Part shown: one piece after another, positions 1-9,800 of the stretch
Layout: every line of letters starts with the position of its first letter
Numbering within the stretch: position 1 is the stretch's first letter
IMG/VR virus record: IMGVR_UViG_3300013004_000041
Location: 1-64,000 of that record
Length of the DNA: 64,000 bases
Direction: 5' to 3' (one strand)
DNA from: a virus
Notes under the pieces: generated by a model
The model's database searches: none
What the model saw: only the letters and a program-made list of their open reading frames with translations
What the model was told of the DNA's origin: nothing
Translations under genes and position numbers: made by a program

Positions 1-605
1 GTTCCAGCAGTTGCGCCACCAAGAGTAGTAACAGTTACTGTATCAGCAACAGCGTTGCCGAAAATATCTGCTACATCAAGAGTTGCAGTTACCTTGCCAG
101 AAATATTTCCTGAAGCAGGGATTGACATCTTAAGTTCATATGCAGGACCTGCAACACCCTTAAGATAAATTGTTGTGCTTGCACCAGTTACAGAAACTGT
201 AACCGCAGATGCAGCAGTAGTTGTTGTATATGCATATACAGTCGCTGTTGTTGAAGCAGGCGTTACTGTAATTGAAGATGATCCAGCAGATGCATTAACT
301 GTTGAACCAACTGTAGATACTAGGCGTGTATTAGCACCGACTGCAGTAAATGTTACTGGTGTTCCAGCAACTACTGTAGCAGTGATAAGAAGTGCTTCGT
401 TGTTTGTTGCAGTTGTGGTATCTGCAACGCTTACTACGTTGTCAGAAGGAACCTTTACTGTGAATGGTGAGGCTGCTGTACCAGAACCAGATACTTCAGT
501 TGTTACGTCTACTGAAACGGTATTGGCACTTGCAGGTGTCACTACGAGTGTGCCCATAGTCATGACTGCAACCACGACAAGAGCGATCTTCTTAAATGAA
601 TTCAT
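1..605 (-). CDS. Secreted Thr/Ala/Val-rich Ig-like/surface-layer-type protein, 3' truncated by window edge
   Basis: Own translation MNSFKKIALVVVAVMTMGTLVVTPASA-NTVSV... with Sec signal and AxA cleavage site; AAAAGGAG RBS upstream; frame open to position 1; absent from ORF track because it has no stop in window. Confidence 0.8.
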   Translation of the reverse strand, partial: MNSFKKIALVVVAVMTMGTLVVTPASANTVSVDVTTEVSGSGTAASPFTVKVPSDNVVSVADTTTATNNEALLITATVVAGTPVTFTAVGANTRLVSTVGSTVNASAGSSSITVTPASTTATVYAYTTTTAASAVTVSVTGASTTIYLKGVAGPAYELKMSIPASGNISGKVTATLDVADIFGNAVADTVTVTTLGGATAG

Positions 606-632
606 TTTTCTCCTTTTATTATTCATTTTGAT

Positions 633-1358
633 TTATATTGTTTTTAATCTATCCAGATAGTCTTTTATATCTTCTATTTGGTTAGGTTTATATTGTATCA
701 CGTTCTCAGGGAGCGTGTCAACTCTGCGGGGCTGTCCTCTAAATGTGTGAACATCAACTTCAAGGTTTTGGTCTCTTGGTGTATAAGATATGGCACCAAA
801 AATAGAACCGCACACAGCATCGGCAAGGTCTTTAGATTTTTTGCGTGGGTGATCGACCTTGTCATTTTTCATAATCTTAAGTTCTGTTAGTTCTTCAAAC
901 AAAAGTTCGATAGCAGGCATTACTAGTCTTTGCTCATACACAAGCATAGCCATGTCTTCGTAATGCTTCTTGGCTACAGAAACTGTTTCTGTTCTCATGC
1001 CTACCGCCTGCAATTCGTTCTGAATATCAAAGGACTGCCAACGGTCAAAAGTAACCAGCCCTATATTAAATCCAAGTCTGCGTAGATTTTGTATCCACTG
1101 CTTTACCTCTGAAAGATTGACTGGGCCTTCTACTTTTGGTTCCCACCATGCAACAGCATCGACAACGACAATAGGTGATATCTGTTCGTAGTCTTTAATT
1201 ACCTGAACATTAACCCACTTATCAACATGTGCAATTGCTACCGCACACTTATCGTGCTTCTGCGCTAAGTCAGCATGGACATAATAAACCTTATCTAGAT
1301 CTGGCTTAAAGTTTTCTTCAAATCTTCTGAATTGATCCAAAGGATTTCTGGCTGTCAT
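633..1358 (-). CDS. terL: Terminase large subunit, C-terminal RNase H-like nuclease part
   Basis: VHADLA, FDRWQS, DHP..SKDLADAV motifs; in frame with the upstream ATPase ORF across a single TAG at 1383-1385. Confidence 0.85.
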   Translation of the reverse strand: MTARNPLDQFRRFEENFKPDLDKVYYVHADLAQKHDKCAVAIAHVDKWVNVQVIKDYEQISPIVVVDAVAWWEPKVEGPVNLSEVKQWIQNLRRLGFNIGLVTFDRWQSFDIQNELQAVGMRTETVSVAKKHYEDMAMLVYEQRLVMPAIELLFEELTELKIMKNDKVDHPRKKSKDLADAVCGSIFGAISYTPRDQNLEVDVHTFRGQPRRVDTLPENVIQYKPNQIEDIKDYLDRLKTI

Positions 1359-1382
1359 ACATGCTCTAACTTTGTCTGCCTG

Positions 1383-2417
1383 CTAAAAGAAAGCATCAGA
1401 TGCATAAGTTGGAACACAAGCAAAACGCATCATAGCATCGCCAAGGTCTGTCATAAATGCAATCTTAAAATCATCGATCTTTCTTGTTGGGTTAACTTCC
1501 CATGTAGGTCTTTTTAATCCGAATACTCCAGGATATTTATATGATTTAATATGGTCTTCATCCCAAGATATTTCAAACCAGTTATCCTTATCATCTTCTG
1601 GAAGTAGCGGGTTAATAATAAATTTATGAGTCTTTGTTACTACTTCTTTGTCAGCAATTACTGCTTCATACCGCTCAGAAATAAAGTCTCCGTTATAACG
1701 AGGAAATGAAAGAAGAACTACCTTGCCAAGATCTGGGAAACGAGAATCGACTGATCCACGAAAGGCTTTATAAATATTATCAGCAGTCTTGCCTTGTTCA
1801 TTTCCAGTACCTACTTCTGTAGCAAAACCAGAAATTTCATCAAGTACTGCAAGTAAAAGATTTAAGCCCTCATGAGACTCACGCTCTGAGTGACCAGAAT
1901 AAACTGTAATTGATTTATCAAAACTAATTGAATCCACCTTTGCTTCATACTTACCAGCAAACCAAGGGGACCTTTCAATCTTAGACTTAAAACCTTTAAA
2001 GAAAACGTTCTTAGCCTGTTGAGCGTTGATAGCAACGTTAATTAAATCTATAGCGTCTCCAGATGGTTTTCCGAAGTATCTTGCAGGGTCTTTAAGACAA
2101 AGTAGTTTGTATACAATATAAGCACAAGCCACAGTAGAGGTGAAATCTTTACCGCTACCCTTGCCAAGTTGTAAAATGATTTCGTTTTTTGTATATTTTT
2201 CATAATACCTTGCCCCCTCTTCTTCCCCCATAATAAATTGTAAATCTTCTTTACGATAAATCTGACTCATTGCTTCTACTATGTCATATTGAATTGTGGA
2301 TAATCCTGGCTGCCCCAAATAATCTGGAGACTCTATAAAAGTTTTTGCATCTACTGGAGTCTCTTCAAAATGATTATCTTTAAGAGCCTCAAGAAAATCA
2401 TCAAACATCGTGGACAA
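1383..2417 (-). CDS. terL: Terminase large subunit, N-terminal ATPase part
   Basis: Walker A GKGSGKD, Walker B LAVLDE, coupling motif LLSFP. Confidence 0.9.
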   Translation of the reverse strand: MSTMFDDFLEALKDNHFEETPVDAKTFIESPDYLGQPGLSTIQYDIVEAMSQIYRKEDLQFIMGEEEGARYYEKYTKNEIILQLGKGSGKDFTSTVACAYIVYKLLCLKDPARYFGKPSGDAIDLINVAINAQQAKNVFFKGFKSKIERSPWFAGKYEAKVDSISFDKSITVYSGHSERESHEGLNLLLAVLDEISGFATEVGTGNEQGKTADNIYKAFRGSVDSRFPDLGKVVLLSFPRYNGDFISERYEAVIADKEVVTKTHKFIINPLLPEDDKDNWFEISWDEDHIKSYKYPGVFGLKRPTWEVNPTRKIDDFKIAFMTDLGDAMMRFACVPTYASDAFF

Positions 2418-2934
2418 TTGTAATCACTTCATCTTTCTTTGCAATATCAGAAAGTCTACGCATAATTTCATCACGAATTTGTGGATACTCTGATGCAATA
2501 TCACGAAGAATAGCCATAAGAACTTCCTGTTTCTTTTCTATCTGAACCATTTCTTCTGCTAATTCTTTATTTTCTAATAGACCAGCCTTTTGCAACATAT
2601 CAATTCTTTTAGATTCAATGTCCATAACTAGTTTAATTGCTTGAGTCTTTGCGCCTAAATTATTGGTCATTGACGCTTCATCAATAACCTCATATGATTT
2701 TGCAATTAATTTATTGTAATGTGTATCAGCAACTGCTAATGCTTCTTTTGCACGAGCACGAATTGCATCGTTTGCAGAAGCCATTACCTTCCACTCATTG
2801 ATGTGTTGAACAACACGAGTTCGTGGTATTGCTAAATCTTTAGATATCTTTGTTGCATCATTACCTTTGAGGTACTCTCCAACAACAACGTTAATTTCAT
2901 CAAGATGTTTAACTAAATCTTCTTCAGTCGACAT
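2401..2934 (-). CDS. Probable terminase small subunit (HTH plus coiled coil)
   Basis: HTH-like ATKISKDLAIPRTRV, helical C-terminus, overlaps TerL start; start taken at MSTEED. Confidence 0.55.
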   Translation of the reverse strand: MSTEEDLVKHLDEINVVVGEYLKGNDATKISKDLAIPRTRVVQHINEWKVMASANDAIRARAKEALAVADTHYNKLIAKSYEVIDEASMTNNLGAKTQAIKLVMDIESKRIDMLQKAGLLENKELAEEMVQIEKKQEVLMAILRDIASEYPQIRDEIMRRLSDIAKKDEVITIVHDV

Positions 2935-3259
2935 ATCTCTCCTTAGCAATCTTCAATAAAATAAGATACCCGATTAAATCATCAATATCATTATCTCCTG
3001 GATATTCTGTACCACGCATCATACGACTAAGTTTATCATCTATACGAACATGTAATTGCTCTCTAGGGTCTGCTTTGCTAAAAACACGAACTGGATTTAA
3101 GGCTGAGTCTCCATAGGCTATATTCTTTTTAATTAACATATGAGCAACCTCATGACAAGAATCCCATATTTCTTTTCCAGCAGAGGTTCCCACTGTTAAA
3201 AGATATAGGTCCTCACACTTAAAACGATTCATGTCTTCAAATACTCGATCTAAACTCAT
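2924..3259 (-). CDS. Nucleotide-modification-associated domain 1 (DUF1599-like, MazG-like helical) protein
   Basis: KKNxxYGDS...RIDDKLSR...DLIGY pattern; ATG at 3259 overlaps upstream stop (ATGA). Confidence 0.7.
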   Translation of the reverse strand: MSLDRVFEDMNRFKCEDLYLLTVGTSAGKEIWDSCHEVAHMLIKKNIAYGDSALNPVRVFSKADPREQLHVRIDDKLSRMMRGTEYPGDNDIDDLIGYLILLKIAKERYVD

Positions 3260-3411
3260 CTCTTTGATTTCCTTAATCCAAATTTTGCCAAATATACATA
3301 AATAGTTTCCACGCTTACCCCGCATTCTTTGGCTATATCTTCAGGAGTTTTTTTGTCCATGTGATATCTTTTTTTTAGCCATAGTTCGTTTGTATATAGT
3401 TTACCAGCCAT
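3256..3411 (-). CDS. Small HTH DNA-binding protein (51 aa, not in ORF track)
   Basis: Own translation MAGKLYTNELWLKKRYHMDKKTPEDIAKECGVSVETIYVYLAKFGLRKSKR; fills the intergenic gap with coupled stop/start. Confidence 0.75.
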   Translation of the reverse strand: MAGKLYTNELWLKKRYHMDKKTPEDIAKECGVSVETIYVYLAKFGLRKSKR

Positions 3412-3413
3412 GA

Positions 3414-3989
3414 CTACCCCTTGTCAATTCCAATTGCTTTATTCCAGTTTTTTACAGCCCAATGACCAATGCCACAAGCATCTGCAACATCATTATCTGT
3501 AATTGTTCTATCATAATTTATGTTAATAAAATTAATAGTTCTTTCTTTACGAAGCATTCTTTCATAAGCCTTGTACCAAGAAGCAGACTTTCCAGGGTTC
3601 TGTGCACGAATAAGAAGTTGCTCTTCTTTAGAAATCTTTTTATTTCCAATATAGTTTTGCCAAGTTATTGGAGATACCTTTCCAATTACTTTAGTTCCAG
3701 ACTGTCCTGCTGACCCAAGGATAGCCCCTTGTACCAATGCAAGATCTGCAGCAGTCTTAGGGCTATTCATGAATACAGTATGCTCAATAACTATCGCTTC
3801 AAACCCACCATATATATCAAAAAAGGCTTTTACTTTTTTACCAGCATCCATAACTTTTTCATAAATATTGTCTCCATCAAAATGAATCTTTCCAATACTG
3901 TTAAGATCATTGTCAACAAACAAAGCAAAAGCAAGACTATTTGTGCTTGCATCGATTGCAACAAAAGTCTTTGGATTACTCTCTACCAT
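3414..3989 (-). CDS. RuvC-like Holliday junction resolvase
   Basis: VAIDAS, IVIEH, DNDVADACGI acidic catalytic motifs. Confidence 0.8.
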   Translation of the reverse strand: MVESNPKTFVAIDASTNSLAFALFVDNDLNSIGKIHFDGDNIYEKVMDAGKKVKAFFDIYGGFEAIVIEHTVFMNSPKTAADLALVQGAILGSAGQSGTKVIGKVSPITWQNYIGNKKISKEEQLLIRAQNPGKSASWYKAYERMLRKERTINFININYDRTITDNDVADACGIGHWAVKNWNKAIGIDKG

Positions 3990-4260
3990 TCGAAAACCCC
4001 TTTATTTGTTTTAATACTTTTTTAACATCTCCTGGATTAATGTTACATTTTGAACATAACTGATCATCATTATAAATAGAAAGTTTTTCTCCACACTGCT
4101 TGCATAATCTATTCTTACCTTTTCTTTTTTGTCTTCTGGTTTGTACATATCTTTCTGCTATTTTTTCTTTAGTAGCAAGATCTCTACATTCTTCAGAACA
4201 ATATATTTGATAAGATATTTTAGTGTAAAACTCTTTATCACACCATTTACAGTTCTTCAT
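3976..4260 (-). CDS. Cys-rich zinc-finger protein
   Basis: CKWC, YCSEEC, CKQC, CSKC. Confidence 0.7.
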   Translation of the reverse strand: MKNCKWCDKEFYTKISYQIYCSEECRDLATKEKIAERYVQTRRQKRKGKNRLCKQCGEKLSIYNDDQLCSKCNINPGDVKKVLKQIKGFSNGRE

Positions 4261-5089
4261 TTTCTAATGGCTCCAAGGATTTTATTTTAATAGTTCCATC
4301 CCCAGCATCAGCGCACATTTTCTGTAAAGGACATGTCTTACAAATTTTTGAATTAGATCTGTAATTCTTCGCAGGCAAAGTTTTATTTTTCCATGCCTCA
4401 CGAACTGTTCTCATCCAGTCAAACGCTTGATCTACCCACCGAATGTAATGACCGTTAACCTCTATAGGAAACAAAAGAAGTTCATGATTATTTTTATTTT
4501 CATAAATCAAAACACCTTTTTGCTTCTTAAGAATTTTCATATAAATAAGCAATTGCATTAAATGCCCTGCCTTTGGCTTGGAATGATTTTTTCTATATTC
4601 AAAGCCGTCACTCTGAGCGGTTTTAATTTCTATAACCATCTCTTCGTTATTCCAATTAATTATTCCGTCACCATAACCAAATATTGGAGGATCAGAATGT
4701 GTAATTTTGAACTCTGTGGTATCTTTTTCTTCTTTATATTTTTCAAAATGTTTTTCATCTAAGAATTTTTTTGCTATCCCAGAATCAAGCAATGCCTTTT
4801 GAATTCTTTCATGAGACAATGATCCGTTGCTCATATTGGCTACTGCAAAAGCATCAGAGAAATCTTCAAAATCTCCTCCCTCAAATGCAAGATACCAATA
4901 TCTTGCACACTCTCCGTGACCATAAACTAAAGTAGAGGGGGCAAATGTCTTCTTTTTTTGATTCTTAGTTTCTCTACCTACCAGGTATCCAGACTCTATC
5001 TTTTCTTTCATCCCACTAATATCAAATGAATTAAAGAATTCTTTAGTCTCTGTCTTAATCATAACTTCTTTTAATAAATTTTTTGTCAT
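4247..5089 (-). CDS. Cas4-like PD-(D/E)XK exonuclease with Fe-S Cys motif
   Basis: N-terminal CARY, GxxxHE, GDG...EIKT, QxxxY, C-terminal CKTCPLQKMC; start taken at MTKNLL. Confidence 0.8.
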   Translation of the reverse strand: MTKNLLKEVMIKTETKEFFNSFDISGMKEKIESGYLVGRETKNQKKKTFAPSTLVYGHGECARYWYLAFEGGDFEDFSDAFAVANMSNGSLSHERIQKALLDSGIAKKFLDEKHFEKYKEEKDTTEFKITHSDPPIFGYGDGIINWNNEEMVIEIKTAQSDGFEYRKNHSKPKAGHLMQLLIYMKILKKQKGVLIYENKNNHELLLFPIEVNGHYIRWVDQAFDWMRTVREAWKNKTLPAKNYRSNSKICKTCPLQKMCADAGDGTIKIKSLEPLENEEL

Positions 5090-5121
5090 AGTTTCCTTTG
5101 TTTGTATAATTATACCAGTTC

Positions 5122-5427
5122 TCATCGTGTTATGTATTTAAGAGCAGATACAAGATTGTTGATAGACTCTGCTGCAGTATAATAAATATTTTTCTTGCCT
5201 CTGTCTGATTTATCCACATTAGCCATCCATGTTGCTTTAAATGCCATTTTTGCTGCTATTGCCTGTAGCCTAACTATCTCTATAGTTGCAACATTCATAG
5301 GGATATCTGGCTTAATAATAATCTTAGCAATAAATGTAAGAGCAGCGGTTAACTCTTCATCCTCCATATATTCTGCTATTTCTGACAAGCCATTTACCAT
5401 TTCAAGCGTTGTGTTATTCTGTTCCAT
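5122..5427 (-). CDS. Hypothetical helical protein
   Basis: ORF overlapping upstream gene within the operon. Confidence 0.7.
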   Translation of the reverse strand: MEQNNTTLEMVNGLSEIAEYMEDEELTAALTFIAKIIIKPDIPMNVATIEIVRLQAIAAKMAFKATWMANVDKSDRGKKNIYYTAAESINNLVSALKYITR

Positions 5428-5704
5428 TATTCACCATCTGCTCTAGTAGTTCTAACTCTATTATAGCAAGTCTAACTTTCTTGCTTCCCTCGCCAAGTAC
5501 CACTACTATGGCTGGATCATTCCCGTTTTTGATAGCGTCAGTTGTTGCCTTGGCCCATACATCTTGATTTAATGTGAATGATTTACTATTTTCTTTAAAG
5601 TCAACAGTAAAATTATTCCATGTAGCATCGCCCTTTTTTGTATTTCTACCAGAATTCTTATGCTGTTTGGCACCTATTCTTTTACTTTCGCTTTTCTCAG
5701 TCAT
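5414..5704 (-). CDS. Small PD-(D/E)XK nuclease/resolvase-like protein
   Basis: E...SG...GDA...DFKE pattern. Confidence 0.55.
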   Translation of the reverse strand: MTEKSESKRIGAKQHKNSGRNTKKGDATWNNFTVDFKENSKSFTLNQDVWAKATTDAIKNGNDPAIVVVLGEGSKKVRLAIIELELLEQMVNNGTE

Positions 5705-5873
5705 TTATTTTTACCTTCTTGTATCCAACTTTAAATAACTGTACTTCTGATAAATGTTTTTCAGGACACATCCAAGAGGCCATGCCAGTTTTTACATAAA
5801 CTCTTATTGTTCTAACTTCTTTTTTACAAGTTTTACAAGGAAACTTACCCTCATAAATAGAATATTTATCCAC
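5697..5873 (-). CDS. Small zinc-ribbon protein (58 aa, not in ORF track)
   Basis: Own translation from GTG: MDKYSIYEGKFPCKTCKKEV...WMCPEKHLSEVQLF...; overlaps both neighbours. Confidence 0.65.
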   Translation of the reverse strand: MDKYSIYEGKFPCKTCKKEVRTIRVYVKTGMASWMCPEKHLSEVQLFKVGYKKVKIND

Positions 5874-6879
5874 TAATCTTAGCCTTGATCATATCTTGTA
5901 AGTCAAGATCCTCTCTTACTCTATTAACAAATGCTTCTCTACCTTGTACCTTTGATCCATCTGGCAGTAAGTACCAAGCGCCTGTGCGCTCAACGATACC
6001 TATCAACTCAGCGGTATCAACAAGATCAGCGATAGAATCAATGCCCACGCTGTCGCCTCTAAAATAGAAATCATACTCACCAGATTGGAAAGCAGGAGAA
6101 GTTTTAGAAAACTGTAACTCCCATCGAATTTTTCTACCAATCTTTTCTTCAATAGCCTTGTCACCAACATAGATCTTCCCCTTTATTGCTTGATTATCTG
6201 ATTCTGATGAAAACAACTTAATTACAGTAGATGAATAAAACTTTGTAGCCTGACCACCCGTAGGTTGTTGACTTGTATACATCGCATTAATATTATTTCG
6301 TGATTGACTAATAAGAACTAACAAAGTTGGCTTAACTTTATTGTTAGCATAGTTAAGCATTTTCCAAGCATTACTGAAATCTCTTGACTCTGCACCAATT
6401 TGTTTCGTATTTTCTAATTGCTTAAGTTCATCAGAATCTTTTTCAAAGTATATTGCTGGAAGTAATGATGTAATTGAATCTACTACAATAATATCTACTC
6501 CCGCTTCAATAAGATTTACTCCAACATCTACCATCTCATTTATTGTGCGAGCCTGAGATACTATGAGTTTAGATGTGTCCACTCCTAATTTAGTTGCCCA
6601 ATCTTTATCATATGACATTTCTGCATCGATCCAAGCACAGACCTTTCCTTCTTGTTGAGCAAGGGCAATCATCTGTAAACATAAAGATGACTTAGCGCTT
6701 GACTTGCTGCCCCATACTAAGACCTGTCTGCCATAAGGTAGTCCGCCATTTAGTGCACGGTTAAGCCCGTAACTTGGAGTTGCTGCATATTCTGTTTTTG
6801 GAATTGCATCTCCTACTAAAATATTCTTTCTTAACTTAGGGCTTAATTGCGCCAAAACATCTTCTATGCTAACTGACAT
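5866..6879 (-). CDS. recA: RecA-like recombinase
   Basis: GGLPYGR, variant P-loop GSKSSAKS, WIDAE, VVDS, GGQATKFYSS, GAWY. Confidence 0.92.
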   Translation of the reverse strand: MSVSIEDVLAQLSPKLRKNILVGDAIPKTEYAATPSYGLNRALNGGLPYGRQVLVWGSKSSAKSSLCLQMIALAQQEGKVCAWIDAEMSYDKDWATKLGVDTSKLIVSQARTINEMVDVGVNLIEAGVDIIVVDSITSLLPAIYFEKDSDELKQLENTKQIGAESRDFSNAWKMLNYANNKVKPTLLVLISQSRNNINAMYTSQQPTGGQATKFYSSTVIKLFSSESDNQAIKGKIYVGDKAIEEKIGRKIRWELQFSKTSPAFQSGEYDFYFRGDSVGIDSIADLVDTAELIGIVERTGAWYLLPDGSKVQGREAFVNRVREDLDLQDMIKAKISG

Positions 6880-9800
6880 TTATATCCTCCAATATAACAG
6901 TTCCGTCTTTTGTTTTTCCTAATGCAAACTTGTATGCGTGTCCTTCTTCAATCTTCATATACGCCTTAGCAAAAGCCGTAGGGAATACAGTTACAGGATG
7001 TAACTCTCTAGACGTATCTGCTAAAGTTAATGATGCCATCTTTTTACCAGCCTTTGTAATTCTTGGCTTAAAGGATACCACAAACAACTCGTCATCTTTA
7101 TACGGCAACATTCTATAGTTCAAAAATTTAATAAGTGCAGAATCAGAATTCTTTATTTCATCCACAGGAATAGCACTAACAATTCTATTATCAGAACAGA
7201 GTGCAATATAACTTCGTCCAGCCTCAATTGTGGTTTGCTCTTCATCAAATATACCTATACTTCCTGTTTTATCTAAAATTTCTACACGGCTCCAGCCTTT
7301 GCCACGCTTAATTCCTTTTACCATTCCCATAAGAATAAAAGATCCCTTTTCTTCAAAGTCTTCTATAGGATTAATAAAAGCATGGAAGTGAGATGGTACA
7401 GTTTGTATAAACTCTGGCAGACCTAAGTACTCATAAAGATTTTCTCTTAACTCATTATCATTACGAGGATTATCTGAAAACGTTGCGGCTCCAATAATTC
7501 TTAATGCCTGCAATGCACGACTATTTACTCCGCTACCTTTTGTGAATGTAAATTCTTCAAGTTCTTTGTAAGACTTAAAAGGTCGTGCCGATATATATCG
7601 TTCTGCAATCTTATCAGAGATAAACTTGATTGCCGAGAGTCCAAACCGAATACCTTTACCCTCAATTTTAAAATCAATATCCGAATCGTTAATGTGAGGT
7701 AGTTTAATGCTAATCCCCATTCTTTTCGCTTCAATAAGGTATTCAGTTCGTGCATCTTTGTCCTTTTCATTTTTTAGTAGAGAGTACATAAACTCAATTG
7801 GATAATAATATTTTAACCATGCCGTCCAATACGAGAGCGTAGAGTAAGCAACCGCATGAGACTTGTTGAACGAATAGCCCGCATGCGCCTCAAAGTCATG
7901 CCATAAATCACGAGCCTGATTAGGACTAATAAACCTACTGGCACCATCAACAAACTTATCACGAAAAACATCAAATTCTCTAGCATCTTTTTTCTTACCA
8001 ATGATCTTACGAACCTTATCGGCCTCAGACCAAGACATCCCTCCTAATTCAACGCAAGCCTGCATAACTTGCTCTTGATATAGGATACACCCATATGTGT
8101 CTTGTGTGATAGGCTTCATAACTTGGTGTAAATAATTTACAGCCTCTCTGCCATGCTTTCTTTCAATATAGTCTTTTCCGATAGTATTCATTGCTCCTGG
8201 ACGAACAAGGGCATTTGAAGCAGAAAGTTCTGATAAATTTTTAACACCCATTTTTACCAGCAAATTTGTATATGGTGTTGCTTCACACTGGAATACACCC
8301 TTTGTATATCCGTCAGATAGCATTTGATATACCTTTTCGTCTGACATATCAAGACCCAGTAGGTCTATATCTATGCCGTCTCTTTCTTTAATTACTTTTA
8401 CCGTGTCACTAATAACACTTAAAGTTTTAAGTCCAAGGGCATCGATTTTGATAAGCCCGATTTTTTCAGCCTCTTCCATGTCAACTGCCACAACAGGTAT
8501 ACGCTCATCAGAGCCAGGAGAATTGCGTGTCTCCAACGGTGCGTACCTAAAAATAGGATTTTTACTAGTGACAACGCCAGCAGCGTGTATGCCAGTGCCC
8601 CTAATACGACCACGTAATTGTTCTCCATATTGTTCTACCTCTGGATATTTCTCACGGAACTCCCGTGTTGTTTTTGAATTGCAATATTCATCCCAAGTAT
8701 CTACTAATTTTAATACTTTATTAACATCTACCAAGGGGATATTTAATGCACGAGCAACATCTCGCACTACGCCTTTATCTTTAAACTCTAAAAATGTTGC
8801 AATAGATGCAACGTGCTTATACTGTCTTACAAGATAATCTTTTACTTCGTCACGACGAGTGTCCTGAATATCTGTATCAATATCTGGAAAGTCATTACGT
8901 TCTGGATTAATAAAGCGGAAGAACAACAAGCCATGCTTTATTGGATCAATGTCTGTAATATTTAAAGCGTAACAAAGTAAAGAACCAGCAGATGATCCAC
9001 GACCTGGGCCAACCATAATACCTTCTTTCTTTGCCCATGTAATCATGCTTTGAACAACAAGAAAGTAAGGACCAAAATTCTTATCTTTAATTACCTTTAA
9101 TTCTTCTTCAAGTCTATCTATATATTCTTGATTACTATCAAGACCTTTTTCTTTTAGCCCTAAATATGCAAGCGACTTAAGTTCCTTATCTGGATCTTTA
9201 TACTGAACTGGCAAAAGGTTTAAGCCGTCTTGTATTTCATAATCTTCAATCTTATTTGCAAGTTCAATTGTATTTTCATAAATATCTGTTCTATATACTG
9301 CTTGTTTTTCCATAGCAGCCTGAATTTCTTCATATGAAAGAAGATGTATATCAAACTTATTAAATGACATCTGTCTGTCTGCGCCATATAGGTAATCAAG
9401 ACGCTTCATTAAATCCCCTTGCTTTTTGGACTTCTCGTATGTAGCATCTTTCTGAATTTTATTTGAATATGTATTTAAGATAAGTTTTAATTCTTGAATC
9501 TCTTTTTGTGATGAATCAACATGGTGACAGTCTGGAGTTACGATTGGCTTGATCTTAAACTCATCTGCCAATAGCAATATAGTTCTATTGATAGATTCAT
9601 CATTATGAGGCATTACCTCAAGATAATAATCATCTCCGAATGTTTCTTTAAACCATTTAATATATTTCTTTGCCATTCCAAGTTCTCCAAGTTCTATGGA
9701 CTTGGCAATAATTCCACTTGGACATGCTGAAGAAACTATAATTCCTTCTTTATATTTGGCAAGAACTTCAAAATCAATTCTAGGCTTTTTATAAAAACCT

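Noticed and set aside
175-660. Plus-strand 161-aa ORF
   Set aside because: Antisense shadow of the minus-strand secreted protein, which has the RBS and signal peptide.
1383-1385. Genome-wide TAG reassignment
   Set aside because: Only one internal TAG noticed; other long genes are intact under the standard code and several end in TAG.
4247-5089. CRISPR-Cas locus
   Set aside because: Solo Cas4-like nuclease in a recombination module; no other cas genes or array.
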